Shown one piece after another: positions 12,428-23,800 of a stretch of 64,000 nt of DNA (its first letter is position 1; each line of letters opens with the position of its first letter). A program made the position numbers and the translations under genes. The notes beneath the pieces were generated by a model. It worked only from the letters and a program-made list of their open reading frames with translations. It was not told the DNA's origin and searched no databases. This DNA comes from Macrostomum lignano. Lineage: Eukaryota. The DNA lies in assembly GCA_002269645.1 (NCBI GenBank), contig NIVC01002434.1:1-64000 (forward strand). Reading direction: 5' to 3'.

Positions 12428-12931
12428 GGCGCCAGCACCAGGGGCGCCAGCACCAGAGGCGCCAGCACCAGGGGCGCCAGCACCAGGGGCGCCAGCACCA
12501 GGGGCGCCAGCACCAGGGGCGCCAGCACCAGGGGCGCCAGCACCAGGGGCGCCAGCACCAGGGGCGCCAGCACCAGGGGCGCCAGCACCAGGGGCGCCAG
12601 CACCAGGGGCGCCAGCACCAGGGGCGCCAGCACCAGGGGCGCCAGCACCAGGGGCGCCAGCACCAGGGGCGCCAGCACCAGGGGCTTTAGCACCAGGGGC
12701 GCCAGCACCAGGGGCTTTAGCACCAGGGGCTTTAGCACCAGGGGCTTTAGCACCAGGGGCGCCAGCACCAGGGGCGCCAGCACCAGGGGCGCCAGCACCA
12801 GGGGCGCCAGCACCAGGGGCGCCAGCACCAGGGGCGCCAGCACCAGGGGCGCCAGCACCAGGGGCGCCAGCACCAGGGGCGCCAGCACCAGGGGCGCCAG
12901 CACCAGGGGCGCCAGCACCAGGGGCGCCAGC
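12428..12931. repeat. 15-bp near-perfect minisatellite (GGCGCCAGCACCAGG)n
   Basis: Directly visible; a few ggctttagcaccagg variants are clustered at 12680-12750. Confidence 0.95.
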
Positions 12932-13144
12932 TGCACCATGCCCGCTGTTGATGAACAAAGCAAAATTGCGCCACTTTGACATGCACAACAAGGTTCTCTT
13001 ACATGTACTTGCACCCGCCATCGCCACACCATTCTTGCATGATAAAATTAAAGAAAAATAACCTTTCTTGTGTCGTACATGTAAGTGCGCTGGCTTAGAT
13101 ACGCTGTAATTACTACTACATGTACATGTAAGTTATTAGCAAAA

Positions 13145-13220
13145 GGGGGGCCGTAGCCCAGCGGTAGCGCAGCTGCTCTGGTGTGCCAGCGACCCAGGCT
13201 CGATTCCAAGTGCAGCCACA
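13145..13220 (+). mobile_element. Degenerate tRNA-like head (second SINE family or tRNA pseudogene)
   Basis: gggggccgtagcccagcggtagcgc..ggctcgattcc: A-box and B-box spacing like a tRNA, but no clean acceptor stem; single copy in the window. Confidence 0.45.
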
Positions 13221-15448
13221 TTAATTTGGGGCTGAATTGGAATCTCGGCTTGGCTCTGCTCGTGCAATTAACGGCCTTGAGAGCCAACCCCCCAAGGTGC
13301 AGAGAAGTGTACATGCCTAACGATAATATAAAGTTAGGGCCGCTGTACACTCCTGTGTGAGTGTGTGCCTGCGTGCGTACGTACCTGATACTATCCGCGC
13401 ACTTGTATGCGGCCTGCTCAGGGGAGTCGGCGGAATGGGCAGTAATGCCTCTCGCCGGTTGTGTGCCTATGTCGCTTAAAGTGCGCCAGGGTGCACACAA
13501 CCCCCTGCCTCTAATAAAAAAAGTTATTAGCAAAGTAGTATATTATATGGCGTTTGAATTAATACATGTGTAATGGTATTAAATAATAATAAATTGTGAA
13601 ATACAGCATTGAATACAATGTAATCTTTGTCAAACGTTTCGTGCTCATGCAACGCACAGGCAGGTCGCTTTACTTCTTCTCCAGATGGCTTCTTCGCCTC
13701 TTCCTCCTCGGCTTCGAAGAAGTGCTTCTTCTCCTCTCGCCTCAGTGCTCTCACAGTCCCAACTCGGCGCGCGAGAAGCACGTGTCGCTAATTCGGCCGG
13801 CGCCTGAGGGAGAGCTCTGCGATTTTTAGGTATTTTTTTAACTTTTTTCGAATAACAGTTGTATTTGTGTGGATTTGAAGACTTGAATGCATCAAATTTA
13901 GGTTTTGATTACCAAAATGGACCTGAAAAATCGCTCCTGAATCACCTGAAGTAGATGGTGACTCACCTGACCACCTGACTCACCTGACCTAACCACTCTG
14001 ACTCACCTGAAGTAGACGGTGCAATCAAGCAGATGGGGCGCCGTCTGCATGCATGTAAGTTTATATCGATAAAACTTATTTTAAAGACACAAATTCGTCT
14101 CAAAATACATTCTCCTCTTACCCATTACATTATAGCTTTTACCCTCTTAGCACTGCAAGTAAGTCGATAGACATGCAACTTCTGTCTATCAAAGTCTGGA
14201 CTTTTAAGAATCATTTGCCATGACATCTAGTCTGCGTTCTGGTCTGAGCTGGTCATAAGCTTAATGAATATGAATATATTAGTTTAACTTAGCTGCTTGG
14301 TCTGATCATATATTATTTTGTTTTCAAACTCTGCACATCAGCACATGTACAAGTGTATGTACGAAGTTTGGATGCCCAGCTTAATTGTTGCTAAGATAAT
14401 CAAGTAAAACTCAATAAAACAATTGGTGGTGTCAGGTTTATTTAATTTTAGACTCAAGTCATCTTTTTACTAGGCTAAAAGGATGCTAAACGTGGAAATA
14501 TGTTGTGTAGAGTACAGAGAGGCAAAACTGCAATTGAAATCGAAATACAGCTGCGAAAGGAGACAACTTTTACTCGCACAGTCTCCAAACTAATTCCGAG
14601 TATGAAAAATAAAACAACTACTAATATATATTTCAAAAATATTTATAGAAATGCACACTAATTATAATTTTAAAAGCAACTATTTACAAAATATAAATAA
14701 TTTTTTGTGAACTAGGATATTTCTGACTGTTCGTTTATATTTTGCGTGTCAAGATTAATGCACTCTTTTGCTTTAAGAGTTCGCCAAATTAGCGCATGGC
14801 TTTTTACTTTGAAAACGACATGAATTGTCTAGATTATCGTATTGTCCATTTATAATTATAAGTGAGTGACAAAAACAACAATGATGTTTTTATCGTAATA
14901 AATATGCATCTTACTTAGGATTGACTAGGTCTTAGAATAATTTTTAAACACAGATTTGGTATGACTCCATGGCATGAGCATAATTAAATTTTATAATAAC
15001 AGATAAGCCCTATTAAAAATAAATTAAAAAGTAATTGAATTGAAATAATTAGGCCCTAGTTAAAAAAGCAATTAAAAATTGTTGTCATTTTTTAAATAAA
15101 ATAAGATTATTGATTAATTGATATCTTAATCTTAGACTTGACAAGAAATAAATCAAAGTTTGATTTTTCATTGATAGGCCTGTTTTTATATAGTGCAGTA
15201 GAGACTTGATATGTACAAAACATGCACAATGCAGTGATGCACTGATCTCCAGGGACTAGGCCTAGTATTTATTATTCAATGTGTAGCTTAAGCTATGCCT
15301 ATACATAGGCTCTTATTAGGCCTATTTGCCTATTCAAGGAAAAAGTGAATATTATATACTTAAACAGTCAAACTCAATCACATATATAATGATAGTCCTA
15401 ATAAAGAAATAAAAACATTGAATAATATAGTGGCTATCTTTTGAACTA

Positions 15449-18036
15449 GAAACAGTCCATTTCGGCGACAAGTCATTTCGGTGACAACCATTTTGGCAAC
15501 AAGTCATTTCGGCGACAACCATTTCGGCGACAATACTTTTGAAGTCGTGGAACAAATTTATTTTATTTATATATTTTTTTACTTTTATTTAAATCGAAAA
15601 AAAGAAGTCACAAATCCGTCAAATCGGCAGAAGTGCGGAACAAATCGGCAACAAATGTAAGTAAAAGATTAAAAGTAAGATTAAAAGTAAAAGACTTTTA
15701 TTTAAATCGAATAAAAGAAGTCACAAATCTGTCAAATCGGCAGATGCGCGGAACAAATTGGCAACAAATGTAAGTAAAAGATTAAAAGTAAGATTAAAAG
15801 TAAAAGACCTTACTGTCCCACAGGGGCATTCATGCGGCTGCAAGCGAGCAGAAGTCCCTCTAAAGTCCTAGTGCTGGCCTCATACTCCGCCCAGAGACGG
15901 AAGTAGGCCTCCTGCCTTGCACGCACTGCTGGCCATGCGTCCCGACGAGTGGCACCCTGGCTAAGTAGCGCTGCATCAATCTCAACCTGGCGGGCCTCCT
16001 GGTGCAGCAGCTTCAGCAGCAAGTAGAACTGCACATTAGCCCTCATAGCATGGCGCTGTAGCTTGTTGTGCCAGCCCTCAGTATCATTGTTTGTTCTAAT
16101 GGCTAGCCGATAGACTGAGAGCTCCTGCACTCACCAGCTAGAGCCGCAGATCCACGTGCCCTGGACGTAGTCACAGAGGCCATTCAGTTCAACATCGGTG
16201 ACCGTGCTCCGCAGTGTGTAGAAGGCATTCGCGATTCTGTTGCCAGGCAGAAATGGCAATGCCATGAGTTGTCGGCAGAACGTCTGCGTGCCGTCATCAT
16301 TCGAGTATGCTGGTGCGAGGCCAGTGGTGAGGATGCGGCGGTAGATAGCCTGGGTGAAATGAAAGGCACAACCACGCCGCGTAGCTGTTGGAAACTTGGT
16401 GTGTACTGCTCGCCACACCGCTGCCTCGTAGTCCATCATGCACTCAGATGGCCGGCCATAGAGGACATCACGGGCGAAAGTGAAGACTAAGCAGTAGTCC
16501 TCGTAGCCTCTACCAGACATTAGCACCATTAGCAATGGCACCTGCTTTAAGTGCCCTTCAGGGCCGACAACAAATGTGTGCAGTGAGTACAGCTGCTGAA
16601 ATGGCGCTGGTACAACACTGAATGTGCCGTCCAGGTACCAGTTCGTCGCGCGTCGGAGATAGTGTAGCATTGCGGGTATTGCCATCAGCAGATGTCGTCG
16701 ACCAGGTTCTCTGATGTCATGCACGACAAAGTTCTCAGGCACCGAGGCATGCAATTCGAAATTGATGTCGGCCGGTTCCTCCGGTCGGTCTGCCGCACGC
16801 TTGCGATTGGCAGTGCGGGCCAGCAGTTGTGGATTGGGCATCTGTGGTCCATGCTGGAAGGTGTCGATAACAGCCAGCAGCTCCTTGCATGCAATCTATG
16901 GCGCCGACATGAAGAGCTGCTGCTTAGCTCGCGCTGCAACAGCCTGGCGCAGCCTCTTCCTCTCAGCAGGCCGGTACTGCTCCTCATGGTTGTGCTGTGC
17001 GGGGCCTGGCGTGAACAGGTTGCCTCGCTGAGTCACTGTGGCCTTGCATGTCGCCTTGGCATTACGCGTTGTGCACCTCCAGTACACCACCTCTCCTTGT
17101 CTGCGGCTGATGACAAAAGTAAATCTGCCATCCACAACAAGCAAGTCCTTGCCTCTGGTTGAACCGCCACGAACAATTTCAAATGGTACTGCAATTCGTG
17201 GTGCGAGATGTTGAGGCGGGGGTACTTCTACTGGGACAGCACCTTGCCGTTGCTGTTCTTGCCAATCAATTCGCTCAGGGACAGGCTGCTCAGGCTCAGG
17301 CTGCTCAGGGTCAGGCTGCTCAGGCTCAGGCTGCTCAGGGTCAGGCTGCTCAGGCTCAGGCTGCTCAGGCACTGGCCATGAGCACAGGCTGCACAACCAG
17401 TCGAAGCTCTCCAGTCTCTGTAGCTGGCGGTAATGCTGCTGTGTCACGCCGCTGTTGCAGGTCCTATGCTGCCACCTGGAACATTCGTCACATTGCAGCG
17501 CTTGCTGCCTATGTCTGACCAGATCGTGGCAAACAACACAGCTAAACATGACTAAATAACTGCAAGTAGCGAAGTCAGGTGAAGTGTGAGAGGGCGTGTG
17601 CCCTGGACTATATATTTAAACATGGTTAAGTTGAACAGACTGGAGGTTGGCGGTATGATAACAAGAGTGCGCGACTGAAGGTAGGAGAGGAGGTTAGAAT
17701 GTGAGCGGTGGACCAATCAGAAGGGAGGAAAGAACGAAAGGATAGAGAATGAGAGATAACGAGAGAGAAAGAACTATACTGAACTAGACGATGTAAACAA
17801 GAAAAGTGCAGAGAACGAAAGAGTTAGTTATAAAATATTGGTGACGGCAAACGATGCTACTATAGGCCTAACAGGAATACATTAACAAGTAGAACAATCA
17901 AATGCATTACATACTCAATAAGCAAACACTATCAGATCCATTATTACTGCGGTTTCGCCGAAGTGGTTGTCGCCGAAATGACTTGCGCCAAAATGGTTGT
18001 CGCCGAAATGACTTGTCACCGAAATAGACCGGATTC
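15449..18036 (-). mobile_element. Mutator/MULE DNA transposon (Phantom-like), full length with TIRs and TSD
   Basis: About 85-bp TIRs (15449-15532, 17953-18036) built of tandem ATTTCGGCGACAA(GTC/CC) motifs. Flanking near-identical direct repeats ttttgaacta (15439-15448) / ttttgaaccta (18037-18047). Internal transposase frame present. Confidence 0.9.
15810..17549 (-). pseudogene. PHD finger + FLYWCH + MULE (DDE) transposase, one reading frame interrupted by two in-frame stops (16896-16898 TAG, 16131-16133 TGA)
   Basis: The track ORFs 16896..17549, 16131..16841 and 15810..16130 are all in the same frame. PHD: CVVC..CDEC.SRWQHRTC..WLCSLC. FLYWCH: GKDLLVVDGRFTF..VYWRCT..CKA..HNH. MULE core: WYLDGTF, QQLYSLH, DYEAAV, GCAFHFTQA, RTNNDTEGWHN. 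Confidence 0.88.
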
Positions 18037-20861
18037 TTTTGAACCTAGTCAGTGGCTCTTAAAGCCAAAGGCTATAATAAATGAAAGCAAAGCCCTGAAG
18101 CCCAAATATTATGCCAATGGGCTAAGACTAGGCCTAAGAATATAAAGAAGGAAATAGCATTATTACATTTATTAATAGTTCTACTATGGTGCTGTTAGAA
18201 TAGTGTCTAGTGTATATAAGAATTGTTTTAGGCAAAATTTAGGTATATACCAAGTATGCCAAAAAATAGAAATGTGACTATTAGAATTTTAGATATATCT
18301 AAATTTTAAAATTGTATGACCCTAAATCTTTAACAATAAAGGACCTTTTTTGCATTGAAACATTTGGTAGGCCTAGTTAACATGTATATTATTATAACAA
18401 GTTATTATAACAAATTAATCAATACCATTATTCAATAAGAACTTTGTCTTTTTGTTGGCACTCTTTGTACCTCTTAACCACTATTTTTTACAAAAAAACT
18501 GGAAAACTGGAACATGCTTATACTAATTTTTAAATAACTTTATATTCTATTTTTTGTATGTCAAAATACAATTGTTTGGATTCAAGCCACACTCTAGATC
18601 ATGTAGTAGGCCTATATGTCCTAAAATTTGGGTATGCACTGGCCTTGCATATCAAAAATAGGTGTGCATAATTGGTATGTATCACTCCAAGATTCTAAGA
18701 AAATAGGGCCTAGTCACTAGTGTATGTGCATACCTAGCATGTACATTATATAATCATGTGGAAGGGTTAGTGTTAACTGTAAAAAGATGCAAAAGTTCAG
18801 TTTTAAGAGTAAATTTCAAGCTTTCTACGTTTTTAAACTTGTAAAAAGGCATTTAAACAAATATTTGCATGTATCAATTTTTCACAATAAATAATATTGG
18901 CAAAAAAGCAAAAAATCAACCAAAAATTTAGCTTAAAAAGGGCCCTTATGCAACATAAAAAGGTCATTTATTGTTGTAGCACTAGTGTAGATTTGAGAGT
19001 GTGAGTGTGCATTTAATGTTGGCATGTATTTGTAATTTAATTTTTGTTCGGGTATGCACCCAGCATGATCTAGACTATAGGATTTAAACACGAAATATGC
19101 ATGCTAATAAACTATAAAAGGCTGGCCTTTTATAGTAGAAAGGCTTATAGTAAAGTAAGTAAAGCTTATAGTAAAGTAAAGTAGTATATTAAAGGTTTAT
19201 AGTAAAAGGCTGGCCTTTTATAGACATATTTCTATAGTGCAGAAGGATTTCCATTTATGATAGAAGGTAAATTTTAGTCTTTTCTTATATGACAATACAA
19301 GGGTCAAATAATTTTACTTTGGCTATATAATAATGCACAATATATATACCACAGACATTCTAGGAAAAAGCATGGAAATCAGTATACAAATAAAAGCGCC
19401 CATTGTACATGCATAGTAGCTGTTGGAACTTGCATTGCACAAGTTTGATAACTTGCAATACAAGCTTAGAACTTGCAGTTGGACAATGGAGTTCTAATAG
19501 CTAGGATAATGGATAGGGCTTTACTTTTAATTCTAGCTACAAATTTGAATATTGATTGAATTTAAGAAATCATTACATAAAGTAAAGACTAAAACAAAAG
19601 GTGCACCAATGCATATTTGCTTGGCTTAAAAATAAAAAATGTTTTATGTTTTACTGCAGCAAGGTTTTAAAAATGGTTGTATTATGCAGTTTTTATACTT
19701 TAACTATAGAAAAAATGTCAAAGATTTATTGCAAATTTTGTTATTAATGAGCATTCTGACATAATTAAGTACTATATAGTGTACCATGCAAAAATATTAT
19801 AAAAACTTAATAAGTAATGTAAATGGTAGTAATATAACCACTCAAATTCACAAAGTCTTGTTGTGAACTTGTGAATACATGTAAAATATGATAGCATGAC
19901 CAACATATACGATGATATGACATGCATGATGTACAATGTGTACAATAGCTAGCCTTGGTGTAAAGTAGAAATTTCTATTGTATGCCCATCCTTCTACACT
20001 TTGGATACCTTCCTCATTATAGCATTAGTTTAAATAAGGGCTCTTCATAGGAGCTTGGCTATTAGCTATATAGCTAATAAGTTGATAGGCTAACTTGTCT
20101 ATGATAGAGGCTCCAATAAGATTTTTAAAGTTTTTTAGTATTTTTGTTTTCATTTGAAAAATCTCATTTGCCTAATATAAATTTAGATAGCTTAGTTTTG
20201 AAAGTTAGTAAAGCAATAAAAAAATATAAAACTATCTTTAATTTTCTATGTTTTTGTATTTCATTTTGCCTATTATAATTAAGCACTAGAATCATTTTTG
20301 CTTAAAAACTTGGATTTTTACTCATATTTTTTATTAGACTTTTTTACTCAGTTATTTTCTTTGCTCAATGCCATTTTTTTAGCTTTTTTTATCCCTTATT
20401 GAAAAAGTGAAATTTAATATAGCTGGAATAAATATAAGTATACATTTGAATTGTTGCAAATTAATTGAAAGTTTTGAATTCCTATGCATTAAGTCTTTGT
20501 ATTATACATTGATTCTATAAGATGTAATTCGATCTCTGATTGGATTTTGACATGTTTCAAAATTATGCTTCTGTCTAACTATTACTTAACTTAAAGCATA
20601 TTATTGAGGTAAGGTAGCACGCTTTAGCAGGCAGAGAAATACAAAAGTTAAAATCATGTTGATATTATAATCTATGTTGATTTTAACTTTTGTAAAGCAT
20701 ATTAAGATTGTCTTATGCTTGTAATTGGTATAATTTTTGCTTCTAATCTGCTACCATAAATTAAAAGATTTCAATAATTTCAAATAGTTTTGCAGGCGCA
20801 CGGACTTGACTCCAGCATTCCCAAAAGCCTAAATATATATAGTGTCTAATTAATTAAAAAT

Positions 20862-23800
20862 ATGAATGGAGGCAGCTCAAACAATTCAAGTGGCAAGAGC
20901 ACAAATCTGCCACTCATAGAGTTCAGCCATGCATCTTCTGACTCTGCAGCAGCCAATGGCGACAATGGAGGCATTGTTGAGCAGAGCAATGCTCGAAGTC
21001 CCAATGGAATATTTGCTAATAGTTTCCTTGGACCTGAGGAGGCTGCCAATATGAAGGTTTGATAATTAAATATTTGCAGATTATTTAACTTAATAGGCAC
21101 TTGCTGTTTATAATAGTCTTTTAAAGGCTTAAGTTTATGAGAGTTGTTAAGGGACTCAGGAAGGTTGTTGTGCTATCATTGTATGTAAAGCTAAAGACCA
21201 ATGCACACAGTTAAGACTGTTACACTGAGAAGATGCAAATGTTGGGACCATTCTACAACCTGTGTTAAGTGCTGTGCGCTTACCTACAGAGCACAGAGCA
21301 CTGTACATCGTCCTCTTTGAGACCGTTTGAAACTAGTGACTCTAGCGACTCTTGTGACTTACAACTGTTGAGTCGCAACTGCATCACGTGAGTTGTAGAA
21401 TCGTTAAAAGAGGTTCGCGAAAGATTCGTTCAAGAATCGTTTTGTTGGCGCTCAACTTTTGCTTGAGATGCGACTTAAATTTATCAAGCATCGCAAATGC
21501 AAGCCTCAGAACGCCTTAAATACGACTCAACGGCCCTCAGAGTCGTTTTGGGGGTCGTAGACAACAAAAAACACTTCAAAGTAACTTCAAGGCGACTCTC
21601 TAACAACTTTTTGGCGACTTTTACCTTGACATCTTGTTGTTTAAGAGTGGTCTAAAGTCGTTGTTCACTGCAACGACTCCCCGCAGGACCTGGCTCTGTC
21701 CTCCGACAATGCCGAGAACGATTCAGACTCTGCCGATGAAGAAGACGAACTATTTAGCCGGAAAACAACTGGCAGCGGCGGCGGCAGTGGCGCCGGGGGA
21801 GGCGGCGGCGGCGGCGGCGGCGGAGGTCGCGAATCGAAGCCTCTGATGGCGCCCCGGCGAGCTCGAACATCGTCCAGCGATTCAGCCAGCAACGCCACGG
21901 TGACCCTGCGCATGCCAAAGCCGTTTAAAAATCGCAGAAAAGTGTCCCGCTGCTATCTGTTTCTAGTCTTCCTTGGCAAATGCGCCGTTGTGGTCTCTAT
22001 AGCGGCTGTGATCTTTGTCACGCTGTTCTTCCTGATACAGGCAGTGTTTAAGAAATCTGCCGCAGGTTCTGGAGCCAAGTCGCGTCACGTGTCAGTCACA
22101 ACCTTGGCTAGTCACGCCGCCTGTTCGCACATCACCGTGGAGGACGTGTGGATTCGCGGCTACCCTAAAATGGGTATTGAAGGACCGCTAAGACTATTAG
22201 ATGTTAATAGCGATGGAATACTGGATATCATTGTGCCTTTTGCCAGCGGTGAGTTGCCTTTTAACATTTCACATTGTATTGATGTTGTTTTGAATTTTAT
22301 TCTCTCTTAATCTAGCCTGTTATTAACAAACTAAATGAGTTTTGCCCTTAAAATTACACTATTATGCACCGCAAAACCGGCCATATTTATTAAATCAAAC
22401 GCCCCTTCACAAATTAGAGAATCATCCCTAAGCCAATTAGAAAATCGCCCCTCATCCAATTAAAAAATTAGCCCTAATCCAATTAAAGAATCATCCCTAA
22501 GCCAATTAGAAAATCGCCCCTCAATCCAATTAGGGAATTAGCCCTAATCCAATTAAAGAATCCTCCCTAAACCATTTAGAGAATCGCCCTAAACCAATTA
22601 CAGAATCGCCCCTCATCCAATTAGAGAATCGCCCCTTAACCAATTGGAGAATCGCCCCTAAACCAATTGGAGAATCGCCCCTAAACCAATTACAGAATCG
22701 CCCCTTAAACAATTAGAGAGTCGCCTCTAAACCAATTACAGAATCGCCCCTTAAACAATTAGAGAATCGCCTCTAAACCAATTACAGAATCGCCTCTTAA
22801 ACAATTAGAGAATCGCCTCTAAAACAGTTAGAGAGTCGCCTCTAAACCAATTAGAGAATCACCCCTAAACCAATTAATCGCCCCTTAAACAATTAGAGAA
22901 TCACCATTCCATTCCAAAGAGAATCGCCCCTCATCCAATTAGAGAATCGCCCCTCATCCAATTAGAGAATCGCCCCTAAACAAATTACAGAATGGCCTCT
23001 TAAACAATTAGAGAATCGCCTCTAAACCAATTAGAGAATCACCCCTAAACAAATTAATCGCCCCTAAACAAATTAGAGAATCGCCCCTCATCCAATTAGA
23101 GAATCACCCCTAAACAAATTAGAGAATCGCCCCTAAACAAATTAGAGAATCGCCCCTCATCCAATTAGAGAATCGCCCCTCATCCAATTAGAGAATCGCC
23201 TCTAAACCAATTAGAGAATCACCCCTAAACCAATTAATCGCCCCTAAAGTAATTAGAGAATCGCCCCTAAACCAATTAGAGAATCGCCTCTAAACCAATT
23301 AATCGCCCCTAAAGAAATTAGAGAATCGCCCCTTATCCAATTGAAGAATCGCCCCTCATCCAATTAAAGAATCGCCCCTCATCCAATTAGAGAATCGCCC
23401 CTAAACCAATTAGAGAATCGCCCCTTATCCAACCAATTAGAAATCGCCTATAAGCCACTATTGGAACTCGCCCTTTAAGTCCGTCTCAATACCCGCCAGT
23501 CTTGCATGTCCTTCATCTCCTTCGTTCCCATCCTGGCTTCAGTCCTCATTTCCTTGATGGTCTTGAGAGTGGGAAATCGCTAGAGCATACATGTATAACA
23601 GAACTATGCAGTTATGCGTAAGCATATTTCTTACAACACTGCATATAAGTCGTATATGCGTTGAATATTACTGCTGCCTTATTTTTCAATGCTGCGCATG
23701 TACTTTTGTAAACTTTATTCAAGAACAATCTGAATATTTTTTATTTTTTATTTTTTATTTACGTTCAGCATTTTTTCCCAGTTGCATTACTCGCGTTAAT

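Noticed and set aside
12325-13032. Collagen- or elastin-like GAGAP / LAPLV repeat ORFs
   Set aside because: A 15-bp array is open in several frames; there is no Gly-X-Y pattern, splice context or unique domain.
13527-13829. GC-rich segment with short ORFs on both strands
   Set aside because: No domain motifs or convincing splice signals tie it to a gene.
16121-16135. Micro-intron (gtgagtgcag) that might remove the transposase TGA
   Set aside because: At 10 nt it is too short to splice and would shift the frame; a CGA-to-TGA change is simpler.
21220-21680. Possible Harbinger-like MITE in FAM234 intron 1 (many GAGTCG/CGACTC motifs)
   Set aside because: Termini and TSD could not be defined by eye.
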